A stretch of 64,000 nucleotides of DNA from Pseudogymnoascus verrucosus (taxonomy: Eukaryota). Shown here piece by piece: positions 1 through 11,100 of this stretch. Position numbers and translations under genes: made by a program. Under the pieces are notes generated by a model. That model searched no databases. It saw only the letters and a list, made by a program, of their open reading frames with translations, and was not told the DNA's origin. The stretch's first letter is position 1. Every line of letters starts with the position of its first letter. Where the stretch lies: assembly GCA_001662655.1 (NCBI GenBank), contig KV460223.1, one strand, 5' to 3'.

Positions 1-22
1 ATTAATGGTGTTTTCATTTTTA

Positions 23-143
23 TACTCGAGTAGTACTCGTAGTACTCGAGTACTACTCGAGTACTACTCTACTCGAGCCCAAAAAACAGTACTCTACTCG
101 AAGATCTCTGAGTAGTACTCTGAGTAGTACTCGGGCAACACTG
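23..143. mobile_element. Right terminus (TIR plus subterminal repeats) of a hAT-like DNA transposon or MITE that continues beyond the left window edge
   Basis: Dense cluster of AGTACTCG/CGAGTACT motifs ending in ...GAGTAGTACTCGGGCAACACTG (reverse complement CAGTGTTGCCCGAGTACT...). A CAG-initiated TIR with short subterminal repeats is typical of hAT elements. Only one end is visible. Confidence 0.55.
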
Positions 144-605
144 TTATTAATTTATAGACCCCGGGATTTTATTTGATCAAAGGTTCTACAATACATGTTA
201 ACATGCAGTAGAAGTTCTCACATGACAAAGCCTTGATAATATCCGTCATGGTGCACCTTTTAACGTCAGAACTGCAAACTCCAACGCCGAGACCATGGAA
301 ATTTAGTTCTGTTTTGGGGTTGTTCAAGAATCTCCTCTTACGTGACTGCCTCACCCAACTCCTATTCCAGAAGTGCAACTACCTTCACAACGATAAATTT
401 CCTTCGACACAACAAACACCCAAAACATCACTCACAGCTCCTTGTTCATGGCTTTTTAATTAGCACCACATAACACACACGACCTTTTGTGTCTCAATCA
501 AGACAAGAAATGCCTTTGCAAATGACAAAAAGCACCATCCAAGGTTCATTGTGGACGCTTTGTTCCGAACTTTGAACTGTGTCAAAACCCCTGAACCACA
601 ACAAC

Positions 606-3600
606 ATGGATTCACCACTTCCACCAACGCTAGTTGAGGACCAGCGACACTTTCTTGACTCTCCAGATGTATTTCAACTATCCTCGCCATTGTTTGACCA
701 CAAAAGAAATTCGCTACCCACTCGCCGCCTCATAGATTTTGAACCGCTTGGGGAACCTAACACATCATATCAACATGGTCCAGACTCGCCGGGTTGGAGA
801 CAGGAACAACGTCGTCATTCCCTGCATGCCTCTCAATCATCTCCGGCGTTGCTTGATCATAGAAGATATTTGCTGCCCGCTCGCCGCCTCATCGATTTTG
901 AACCGCTCAGGGAACCTAATACAGCATATCAACATGGCCGAGACTCGCCGGATTGGGGACAGGAACAACCTCCTGATTACCTATATGCGTCTCAATCATC
1001 CCCGGCTTTGCTTGATCATAGAAGATATTTGCTACCCGTCCGCCGTCTTATTGATTTCGAACCGCTTAGGCAACCCAACACTGGATATCAGCACGGCCGA
1101 GACTCGCCGCCTTGGGGTCAGCCACTACCTCTTCATCATCCCATACGTGCGTCTCAATCCTCTCCGGCATTGCGTGATCATAGCATATATTTGCTACCCG
1201 TTCGCCGTCTTATCGATTTCGAACCACTTTGGCAAGCCAACACTGTATATGAACATGGCCGAGACTCGCCGGTTTGGGGACAACTTCTCGATCACTCGGA
1301 AGCACAAGAGCTGCTATCATTTCAATATCAGGACGACACTTTCCTAACAGCTCGCCGCCTTTACGATATTGAGCTAGTCAGTCAACCTAGCGTATCATCT
1401 CTATCTGATCGAAGCTGGCCAGATTGGGGGAAAGAGCCATTTTTTCAATTGCCAGATGCAACAGGAGTGGTTCCGCGAGAATGGTATGCGCCGGAATTTC
1501 AGATTGTCTACTCCAATGGGTGGATTAATGCGATACCCGTTCGCCCGTTGGGCTATGACTGGACCATGCTACCTGTCCAGCCCTCTCAATATGACAGAGA
1601 CTCCCTAGTCAGCGAAGATTCTGAACCCCTACCCATTAATGGACTTGGTTCATTAAAAGATCCTCAAAAGTACAAATGGCTAAGGGCCCATCACAGATCG
1701 ATGTCAATTGAGCGTGCTTGTAAGGCCTGGGAATATGAGTTAAGAAACGGTGACCCGAACTCAGATCCAATCGATGCCGACACCAAGAGCCTCTTTGGCT
1801 CACTCGAAAGATTGGAAACGAGCTTCGTGGAGAATCAGCCAGGGATAGACGCACCACAAGAATCGTTTGTTAAACAGCCACCTAAACGGTACAAAATCAG
1901 TGAGATGCCTCAAGACGATCTGCAATCGAAAACATCGGAAAAAGCCGACAAAGAGGAGTTGCCTTTCTGGCTTGGACCTAGGTTGGGTATTCGTTTGCCG
2001 CCGGGCATGGTAAACCTGGCCGCGCCGCACATCCCGCATTATCTAGTGCGTACACTCGAAGATCCGCTCAGGTTTCTCCCTTCAAAGCTTCGGTTCAAGA
2101 GGAATTTCCCATTCAAAAATGTCATTCCAAAGAAAGGTCAAATCGGCCTCCATCCAGCTTTCCGTACCGCCGCACCAGAAATCATTCTCCAGGCAGAAAG
2201 GGATCTCGAACTTGCCAAAGAACGTCAGTTCCAAACTCCGGAGGAAGCATGGAGGTCTCCTATTATAGGTGAATTCGACGGCGATACTGGGAGAGAGCCC
2301 CTGTGGGAATATCCACGGACCACAGCTTCTGATGGTGGAAGTCTCACCAGCGAGCTCGACGCTCTTGACCAGTTTATGTGGGGGGAATATCCGTTCACCT
2401 CAGTTTCCCAGCGTGGAAGTCTCACCGACGACGAGCTTCAAGGTTTGGACCAGTTGATACCGGAAACCCACAGTCGCAGTGCCGATGAAGGGAGCTTCAT
2501 CTCAGTGTTCTTCGACCAGGCAGAGGCATTGGCCGATGTAGAAGAAGTCACAATGTTGTCCGACGGAACTGAGGCATTCCCAGCTGTAGACGAAGCCATA
2601 ATGTTTTCGAACGAATTCATGGAATCTCCAGACACAGGCCCCATCACAATGTTCCCTGGCCGAGACATCGAACTCGACCAAGGCCCAATATCTTCGGATC
2701 ATGTCATGCAATCCCCTATGGTAGGACCTGTCTCGATGGAATCTCCCATTGGAAACCAAGCCGCAACGGTTGAGCATGAAGGCTCGGAGAGTTCAATTGA
2801 AGGCCAGGAGTCAGGTTACTACTTTGGCCAAGGCATGGAATACATCACTGGGGAAATATCTTTGCCGGCTGATCCCAATGCGGCCCCATCATACCCTCCT
2901 CCATCGCATAAAAATACCTACCCAGAATCGCCGTCGCTCTCGAAGAGACATCTCCGCAAAGGCACAGAATCTCCCATTGAGGACGAAGACTCAGTATTTT
3001 CAGTCCTTGAAATGGCATATCGCAAACCAAACTGTGCTCCAATAGTTTCTGACCAAGACACGGAACATCAGATTGAAGGCCAAGACCAAGAGGAAACGTC
3101 CTCTGGCGAAAGCATCGAATCATCATTCGTATTGCATGAGGATCTCCCTATCATCAGGTGGTTATACGGCTACTGGGATGAGGACTCAGAGCCAGAGGGC
3201 CAGCCCTCCTCATTGAAGCAAGTTGATAAGGACAGAGACCGCTTTAAGCGCAATAGTGCAGACTTTGCCCGTCTTCCACCTATTGATTTTACCAAACCCT
3301 ACAACGACTTCTGCAAAACCCAATTTGGTTCACTGCTAACCGGCGGTGGCTTGCAAGATTACAAACTTGCCGACGAAAAGAAGGTTGAGAAAAGGACGGA
3401 AGTAGCTGATGATCCGCTAGAGACAACCGAGGTTTATTGGCCCCAAGAACACGAGGCGCACATGCGAGAACTCTTCGCAGAGATTGAGCTGGAGGGTGCC
3501 ACACGGATCTTGACAACTTGGCAAGAAGTGTATGTAGAGCGAGGGGAAGAGGGGGAAACCAAAGAGGAAGGAGCCCAAGAGAAGCAAACTGAGACCGCTT

Positions 3601-5411
3601 TGGAAGACAGCAAGGAAAACAAAACGCAAGAGCTGGCTGTTCTACTAGAACAAAAGTATTCACAGGTGAAGAGCTGGTTTGGAGGATTCACCACCAGGGA
3701 GGGAAATAAAAAGGAGCGAAGAAAATCCCAGGCCGCTGAGCCGGAGCCGAAAGGTAAACTAATGGGCTGGATTGGAGGATTAACTAGCGCAAGGGAGAAA
3801 CCAACCCTTGAATCATTCGGAGACAGTTCCGGATCTGTACCCCCAGGACCCGCTGATCAATTGGTGCGAAAGAATTCCAAGAGGGTATCCTGGCTTGGAG
3901 GATCGCCTGCGAAGAAGCAAAAGCAAACCGAGGAAGTATTCGGGGATAGCCAGGAGAAGATAGAGACAGAGCTTATCCATCCATTGGAGAGAAAGGGATC
4001 GAAACGGAGGAGTTGGTTTGCAGGCCATTCTACTAAAAAGCAGGAGCAAACCGAGGAAGTGCTTGGGGACAGCCAGGAAAAGACAGATCCAGGGGTTGCT
4101 CAACCATTGGAGCGAAAGCGTTCAAAGCGGGCAAGCTGGTTTGGAGGACATCCTGCTGAGAAAGAGGTACGAACTTCGGAAGATAGCTATGAAATGTTAA
4201 TCCAAGAGGAAGTTCATCCATTGGAGCGGAAGGGATCGAAACGGAGGAGTTGGTTGCCAGGACATATCGCTGAGAAGGAAGAACAAACTAAACCAGATTC
4301 AGAAGACAGCAAGTTAACTCCAGCGTCTGTACATCCACTGGAGCGAAAGGGCTCGAAGCGAAGGAGTTGGCTTCCAGGACATTCCGCCGAGATGGAGCTA
4401 CAAACTTCAGAGGATAGCCACGGAAAGACAGCCCAGGGGAATGTTCAACCACTAGAGCGAAAGGGTTCGAAGCAGAGGAGTTGGCTTCCAAGACATCCCC
4501 CTGAGAGGGAGGTACAGACTTCAGATGATAGCCACGGAAAGATAATCCAGGAGAATGTTCAACCACTTGAGCGAAAGGCTTCAAAGCGGAGGAGTTGGTT
4601 TCTTGGACATAATATTGAAAAGGAAGACCAAACCCAACGCCGTTCGGAAGACAGCTATGGAAAGTCTACCCAAGCATCTGCCAATCCACTGGAACGGAAG
4701 GCTTCAAAGCGAAGGAGCTGGTTCCCAGGACATCCCTCCCGGAAGGAAGGTCAAATCAAAGGAGATTCAGGAGAAAGCTGTGGAATGTCAACCCAAGCGT
4801 CTCTCAATCTGCTGGAACGGAAGGCCTCCAAGCGAAGGAGTTGGTTTCCAAGGAGTTCCACCGAGAAGGAGGTACGAAGTTCAGAAGACAGCCATGGGAA
4901 GTCAACTCAAGGCTCTGGTAACCCACTGGAGCGGAAGGCTTCGAAACGGAGGAGCTGGTTTGGAATGGTACCCCCGGAGAACGAGGAGCCAACCGAAGAT
5001 GCTTTGGAAGGCAACGATGAAAACTTACCTCAGGGACCTGTTACTCCATTAGAGCGAAAACGCTCAAAACGAAGGAGTTGGTTTGGAATAACACCTGCTA
5101 AGAAGACCGAACAAACCCAAGAAGACTTCGACGGCAGTAAGGAAGAGATAACCCAGGGAACAGCGGAACCATCAGAGCAAATTCTAGCGAAGCGGGCGAG
5201 CTGGCTGGGAGGATTGAATACACAGAAAGAGAAACAAACTAAGAAAGTCCCAGATGACAGTCAGGACAAGATAACTCAGGGACCAGCAGATCATCCAGAG
5301 CGAAAGCATAGGAAGAGGGCGAGCTTGTTTGGATTACCCAGCGAGAAAGAGAAGACCGAGCAGGAAAATCAAGAGGAGCGGAAACGGAAGCGGAGCACCT
5401 GGTTTGTTTAA
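606..5411 (+). CDS. Large low-complexity repeat protein (~1600 aa) of unknown function, apparently intronless
   Basis: 4.8-kb open frame, first ATG at 606. Five N-terminal ~53-aa repeats (RRLIDFEPL..YQHGRDSP.WG), an acidic middle, and ~13 C-terminal ~40-aa repeats (PLERKxSKRRSW[FL]). Confidence 0.8.
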   Translation: MDSPLPPTLVEDQRHFLDSPDVFQLSSPLFDHKRNSLPTRRLIDFEPLGEPNTSYQHGPDSPGWRQEQRRHSLHASQSSPALLDHRRYLLPARRLIDFEPLREPNTAYQHGRDSPDWGQEQPPDYLYASQSSPALLDHRRYLLPVRRLIDFEPLRQPNTGYQHGRDSPPWGQPLPLHHPIRASQSSPALRDHSIYLLPVRRLIDFEPLWQANTVYEHGRDSPVWGQLLDHSEAQELLSFQYQDDTFLTARRLYDIELVSQPSVSSLSDRSWPDWGKEPFFQLPDATGVVPREWYAPEFQIVYSNGWINAIPVRPLGYDWTMLPVQPSQYDRDSLVSEDSEPLPINGLGSLKDPQKYKWLRAHHRSMSIERACKAWEYELRNGDPNSDPIDADTKSLFGSLERLETSFVENQPGIDAPQESFVKQPPKRYKISEMPQDDLQSKTSEKADKEELPFWLGPRLGIRLPPGMVNLAAPHIPHYLVRTLEDPLRFLPSKLRFKRNFPFKNVIPKKGQIGLHPAFRTAAPEIILQAERDLELAKERQFQTPEEAWRSPIIGEFDGDTGREPLWEYPRTTASDGGSLTSELDALDQFMWGEYPFTSVSQRGSLTDDELQGLDQLIPETHSRSADEGSFISVFFDQAEALADVEEVTMLSDGTEAFPAVDEAIMFSNEFMESPDTGPITMFPGRDIELDQGPISSDHVMQSPMVGPVSMESPIGNQAATVEHEGSESSIEGQESGYYFGQGMEYITGEISLPADPNAAPSYPPPSHKNTYPESPSLSKRHLRKGTESPIEDEDSVFSVLEMAYRKPNCAPIVSDQDTEHQIEGQDQEETSSGESIESSFVLHEDLPIIRWLYGYWDEDSEPEGQPSSLKQVDKDRDRFKRNSADFARLPPIDFTKPYNDFCKTQFGSLLTGGGLQDYKLADEKKVEKRTEVADDPLETTEVYWPQEHEAHMRELFAEIELEGATRILTTWQEVYVERGEEGETKEEGAQEKQTETALEDSKENKTQELAVLLEQKYSQVKSWFGGFTTREGNKKERRKSQAAEPEPKGKLMGWIGGLTSAREKPTLESFGDSSGSVPPGPADQLVRKNSKRVSWLGGSPAKKQKQTEEVFGDSQEKIETELIHPLERKGSKRRSWFAGHSTKKQEQTEEVLGDSQEKTDPGVAQPLERKRSKRASWFGGHPAEKEVRTSEDSYEMLIQEEVHPLERKGSKRRSWLPGHIAEKEEQTKPDSEDSKLTPASVHPLERKGSKRRSWLPGHSAEMELQTSEDSHGKTAQGNVQPLERKGSKQRSWLPRHPPEREVQTSDDSHGKIIQENVQPLERKASKRRSWFLGHNIEKEDQTQRRSEDSYGKSTQASANPLERKASKRRSWFPGHPSRKEGQIKGDSGESCGMSTQASLNLLERKASKRRSWFPRSSTEKEVRSSEDSHGKSTQGSGNPLERKASKRRSWFGMVPPENEEPTEDALEGNDENLPQGPVTPLERKRSKRRSWFGITPAKKTEQTQEDFDGSKEEITQGTAEPSEQILAKRASWLGGLNTQKEKQTKKVPDDSQDKITQGPADHPERKHRKRASLFGLPSEKEKTEQENQEERKRKRSTWFV
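723..1440 (+). repeat. Coding tandem repeat, 5 units of 150-162 bp
   Basis: CGCCG(C/T)CT..(A/C/T)GAT(T/A)TT anchors at 723, 882, 1041, 1203, 1353 (spacings 159, 159, 162, 150). Confidence 0.9.
3860..5408 (+). repeat. Coding tandem repeat, ~13-14 units of ~110-126 bp
   Basis: Recurrent CCA(T/C)TGGAGCG(A/G)AAGG..TC(G/A)AA(A/G)CG(G/A)AGGAG(T/C)TGG encoding PLERKxSKRRSW. Confidence 0.9.
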
Positions 5412-5942
5412 GTAGTTCTGAGGTTGAGAGAAGGGTTGTAAATGGAAGAAAAACAGGAAGATAAATATGTCAATGATGGCAGTGTAAAATTTGAGACTTG
5501 TCACAAGAAAAAAGCAGGCAAAGATGTAAGACGAAACTCAGATAGTGGAGTTGTCTTTCTATGAATGAAAAATATTTATCATAAATCGTAAACCCCAGAA
5601 TCTACGTCTAGTAGAAACCCCGAGTATATATGTGATGATGTAGTTATCAATATTTGGCCGCAGCCTAAATAGGGTGAACCCCCTGTCCCCATGAGATATG
5701 CCCAAGGGTATCCGGCAACCAATGTTGTAGTGCCCATTTTTATAGTTGAAAATTAGGTGCACACCGAGTCCTGCACACGTCCCTCTTGTGCGTGTTGAAC
5801 CAAATGCCGCAAAACCCACAGAACAGAACAGAACAGTAAGGAAATGAAATAAACGCCCCCGCAACCCCATGAACCAGTTGTAAAGCAAACATGGTATGAC
5901 AAAAGTAATTGAAAACAAGAAGCCAGCCTCAGGAGGCCGCAT

Positions 5943-7668
5943 TCAGGGGGCAAATTGCGCCCAATCTACCGCATCTGTGGCATCGTATCCCATCATTCCC
6001 GTATCGGGGAAGGTCATCGCAGTGTTCGCTAGGTGAACGTTGGTATTGAAATCTATCAATGGAGCAGCATAAGAGCCCGTAGCGCCGAACTGGTAGTTAT
6101 TCGCAGACATATCTACCACAGGCATATCCGTGAATAGTGGTGGCGGAGGCATGTGTGAAGCATCAAACGCAGAGATCTTGGGCGTGGAGTGGAAGCTGCC
6201 AAGAGGCTCAAGCAGCAATGCTGCTGAAGGTGCATTCTCCACAAGTGCAGCGACGTGTGGTTCAAATCCCCAATCTCCGACCCAATCCTTCATCGTCGCT
6301 CGACACTTGAAGTGTGACGCAAGGTGCTCCGCGCGCCCAGACCATGTAGTGAAAGTAGCACTGCAGAAGCCGCAGCGAGACCTAACGTTGCCCACTTCCG
6401 ACTTCCAGGCTTCCATTCGTGCGTTGATCTTGCACTCGTGGGTAAGCCGGAGATGCTGTTGGAAGTGATCTTTACGATAGAACGTGCGCTCTGACGGTTC
6501 CTTCATCTGGCACGCCGAGAAGTTGTGTGTCTCTAAGTGCTGCTTGGTTGGGTTTGGAAGATCGCAGAATGCGCACAGTGGGCTGATCGCGGAATCAATG
6601 ATTCCGCCCGAGAGACAACAGACCCAAGTCTCCAGGCTCAAATGCTGGGACTTTTCATGGCGCTGCCAGTCGTGTTTGGTCGCGAATGTGGAGTCTGGAC
6701 AAAACGTGCATTGGAATGGGCGGGCCTTTGCCTTGGCAGTAGGCTTTGGCGGCTTGCTTGGGTTGACCCTACGGCGACGACGGTCTCCGGCACTGATGTG
6801 GCTGTACGGGAGCTTGAGCGACGAGTATGAGAAGGACGTCTGATCCGAAAGGGACGAGCCCCCCAGGGTGCTAGTCAATCCAGTCTCATAACTAGCCATT
6901 GACTGGGCAAAGTAAGAGTCATTGTGAGAAAAGGTTGTGATCGAACGCGCAGCGTCGTAGTTATTAGGCTTCGAACTGGCCTGCTCGGGGCCAAAGAGAG
7001 CCGAAGGATAGTAGTCAAACTCTTCGTCAATAGGATCGAACAGCTTCAGCTGATTGTCCTCACAAACGGCCAAAATGACGGGTGGAGAAACGGCTTCGAG
7101 TTCGATAGGAGTGACCTTCCATCGATCAAGGGGGTTCATTTCTCCGAACGAGCGCTGTTTGGTAGGTGCACCAGCTGCCTGCTTCTGGTTGGCACGAGCC
7201 CGATTCTTCCTGCGCGTGTTGGCCAGCCACAGCGATATCTGCGAGCGTTTCAGCCCGCTCATGGTGACGAGTTCATCCTTCTCCTCGCTCGTAGGATAAG
7301 GGTTCTCTCGGTGCTCATGATACCAAGTCCTGAGAATGCTACGGGCCTCTTTCGAGAACCGACATCCTCCAGAACCAATGCGGCCACTGGGGCACTGCTC
7401 CGCGTTCTCCTCTTCGCCACAGTTGTCACCGGAAGTGGCAGATGGGGTAGATGAGTGATCGGATGAACCCTGAATCATGTTAGACGCAACGGACCAATTG
7501 ATACTCGAGACCTATTCTCACCTGGGCAACCCAGCGGGATGCGTTGCGGCACAAATCAAGTTCGCTGCCCCTGTTGGAAGAGATGCTAAGACCGCGGTTC
7601 TCAATTTCACACGATTCTAGCTCATCATCCTCAGGCCAATTAATGTCATCAAATAGATAATCGTCCAT
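5943..7668 (-). CDS. TALE/KN-type homeobox plus C2H2 zinc-finger transcription factor
   Basis: Homeodomain RFSKEARSILRTWYHEHRENPYPT...WLANTRRK (PYP loop). C2H2 fingers CTFC..HEKSQH and CGFC..HLASH. Exon 1 is 7668-7522 (MDDYLFDD...); a GTGAG..CTAAC..CAG intron at 7521-7470 joins in frame. Confidence 0.88.
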
Positions 7669-10600
7669 GCGGTGGTTAGCACGAGGCTTCGACGATGGCG
7701 GTGGCTCTGTGGATTCAGGCTTCGCAGCGCTTCGTCGTTGTTGGAAAATGGTCATCCTGGCGGTTTCCTGAAAGGCCTTTCCGTGAGATAACTTTGATCC
7801 ACGGATTTCAGGATTCAAGAAACATGGAAAGAGGAAGAAAGGAAAGTCATCGATAGAGCGGGAAGTAAAGAATGGTAGTCATCCACATGCAGCCTCGCTG
7901 CTTACATAAGCTAATGGCGGGGATATACGACCCCGATCAGGACAAGCTCCACGCCTTCCCATTTACACATCACGTGCTGACTACTGATTGTGACAATTCT
8001 GACAATCTATCGGTGAGAAGATACGCCGAGCATCGGAGGTTTCGTCGGGCTCCTTGGCAGAATGCTTGATGAACATCATTTCGATTCTAATATCAAAATT
8101 ATACTCCGTATATTATACTGAGATATCTAAATTTAAAGGGCATGATATTTAATCCCAATTTTAGTATCTACAAGTAAAGAGGCAAAATAAATTGGATGCA
8201 TGGCACTCCCCATATCCCCGCTCAAACTCGACACGCCTAATTGAGAAGAAGAGACAGCTTCCAAGGGCACACAAACATCAAAACTGATATCCCCCCGGAT
8301 GTTTCCAAACTTCCACGCGCAGAAGGTATCTGGAATACAGAAACGTGTTTGCACGGCACCCTACATCATTACACACAAACGTGGAAAACCAGCTAGGAAA
8401 GACCTGGCAATCAGTGCTACTCCTACCTGCCAAGGATGATAATCCATGACCACACGCACCGCCAAACTAGTAAAGATCCCTGGCTCCTCGATCGATCATC
8501 GATCAATGTGTGTGTATGCGTCTGTCTATTTCCTATATCTTAAATACACATTCCTTTCCACAAATATCCAAAGATAGATCCAGATACTGCTTGCTGGCCT
8601 CACCGCTCCTGAGTGAACATGCATGTTCATCCCAATCCCCTCACCGGCGCCCGCCGGCTACCGCTCATATCTCAATCCAGGTCACTGGCACGGCATATCG
8701 ATCTAGCGTCTATCAACCCACGGGCCCTTGCAGCTTGAGCCGTCTCTGAAACTTCAGAAGCTGTTGGAAGAGATAGCCAGTTGTAGGACGATATGCCCTA
8801 GACAATGTTATCTAGCACCAGTACCATAAACCCCCGCATCTGGAAACCAGCCACTGACTCCCCTCCTATATATAACTGCCGAGTCCCCCAACACAACTCA
8901 AAACCACGGCTCACAGCATCAAGATCGACGCCCGCATCTCAAAACAACATCGGCCGAGCAAAGCCGTACATCGCCACCGTACCTGACAGAAAGCTGCCGT
9001 GTCAGTCTTCCGCTTCTGGACTCAAGAGCTTAATCCCCCCTTGAACAAGTCTGTCTCACACGGCCAATATGTCAGGACCTGCAGCACTCTGCATCCAGGA
9101 GCGGCTCTTCAAATGCCCTTCCCGCCACGGCGGGTCGCCAATCTGTCATAACAGGGGACGGCATTTATCTGCCCCAGCCCAGCTGAATCGCCCACCTCGG
9201 TAAGATGCATATCGAGGGCCCGCTCTCACATCACGAGATATAACCCGCGCGACAGACTTGCGATATCGATCGACAACACCAATCTGTCATAGACGTTGGA
9301 TCTGCGCCTCCTCTCTCTCTTACAAGGTATCCCAAGGCTTCGAGCAACGCTACAGAGGACAAGGATCGTTTCACCGTCGTAGCACGACCACACACCCCTA
9401 CCCACCACGCGCTCGCTCGTGCATCCCACCAGTACAGCAGCCGCCCGCCCCTTGTCCACGACATCGATCTGCCGCACACAATTACACACCACATCCCATC
9501 CACCATGGGTCCAAGTCGCAGCACATTGTGCGACCACCCCCTCCTAATGCTGCTTGCCTCCAGAGAGAGTTCTAGAACCACACACACCGCACTTTCAACC
9601 GCGCGCACGAGGCCCACCTGCGATCGGAAGGAACGCTGTTAAGGGTAAGAAGGCTATGCATGGCAAGTCATACGTCAATGGGCTCCCTCACCCATCCCCC
9701 AAGGTTGTAGAAACGGTCTGGCTGGCCTGGTCCCCAACAACGTCCGTACGACCCCCCTAGATACAGCATCTCGATCCATACCCCCCCGGAAGGGGAAGAG
9801 GTCTCAGATCTCGATCCCTCACAAATCCCCCCATCCCACCACCCGCATCATCTCAACCTATCCTGTACGAGCTCGCGTCGTAGTTGCATCGTTACACCGC
9901 ATCAGCCACCAGCCAGTCTGCGGGGAAGCGAACTCCGGTGGGCGGACGACGTACATACGTCACGGGTACTATCCTGGCTGGTTGGGGTTTGCGGTAGACG
10001 CAGGACAGGGTCTCGAATTCGATTTTTTTCCCCCTAACTGTTGCGTTGTTTTTGCTGTTATCGTGGTGGCGAAAAATCAAGGGGAAAAAAACGTTGAGAG
10101 TGGTTGAGGTGGGGGGGAGAGGGGGGGGCGGGCCCGGTACTGGGGGCGTGTTAGGAAGGTGGACGGCGGGACGGGAGGGTCGCAGGGCTGGGCAGCAGCA
10201 GAGTAATGCAAAGCAAGCAAGCAAGACAATGGAGACCCTGGATTGATGTTGATTGAACCTGTGAATTTTCGGTTGACTTGACTTGACCTGAGATGAACAA
10301 GACAGAAATCTAAAAAGCGCCGTGGGGACGTCTAATTCTTGTAAGGAAAACAGTGTGTGTGTGCGGAGAACGAACTGCAGGAAGGGTGGTGGTTTGAACA
10401 ATGCTGGAACGACTGGCACCAAACAATGCATCAGACCTCCCTCGCAACCCATCCTATCATTCTACGCCCACACAGAAAAAGAGAAACACAACAAAGAAAT
10501 CCCAAACCCCCATATTCCCATCCCATTCCCATTCCCATCCGTTATCCCTCCCACCCCAGTCTATGCCATTGACGCCCATCCCATGACCCGAAAACAAAGA

Positions 10601-10935
10601 AACCCCTCCCACCTTCCCAGAAAAATCCGAACAACAATGCCCCCCCCCACCACCGAAACATGAAAAGAGAAAGCCCAAGCCCAAAACTTCAAAACTTTTT
10701 TTTTGCGGAGACCCCGGAGAAAGCGCTGAAGGAGGATGGGGGTGATGAACCGTCTAGTGCTGACAATTGAGCGAAACAAGTAGATTCGTGGCGTCGTGGT
10801 GCTGAAACAGAGGCGCGAGGACGGTTGCGCACAGACGATCTGGGCGGCAGCGGAGTTCTGGAAAACTGGTCAGTGGGTGTGCCGGATATGATACGCGGTA
10901 GGGAAGGGGGGCGGGTGAGACGTACGCTCGCTCAT

Positions 10936-11100
10936 CTAGCAGAGGTTGGTGCAGGCGCGGCAGGTCTTGAACTTGCAGTACTTGCATTCGAAGATGAACC
11001 AGTGAGGCCCGGAGTGGCACATGTTGCACATCCATTGGATGAGCGAACTCTCGGACTTGATGATCTGGAAGGAGTGGACGCAGCGTGTTGGTACAGCCAT
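10936..11100 (-). CDS. 54-aa Cys/His-rich microprotein (putative C1/DC1-like zinc finger), absent from the ORF track
   Basis: Hand translation: MAVPTRCVHSFQIIKSESSLIQWMCNMCHSGPHWFIFECKYCKFKTCRACTNLC*. Strong C/G-ending codon bias, GCA-ATG-G start context, flanking intron signals. Confidence 0.8.
   Translation of the reverse strand: MAVPTRCVHSFQIIKSESSLIQWMCNMCHSGPHWFIFECKYCKFKTCRACTNLC

Noticed and set aside
606..5411. The repeat protein as a Kex2-processed (KEP) or RiPP precursor
   Set aside because: It has many dibasic sites but no signal peptide, and there are no neighbouring DUF3328 or tailoring genes.
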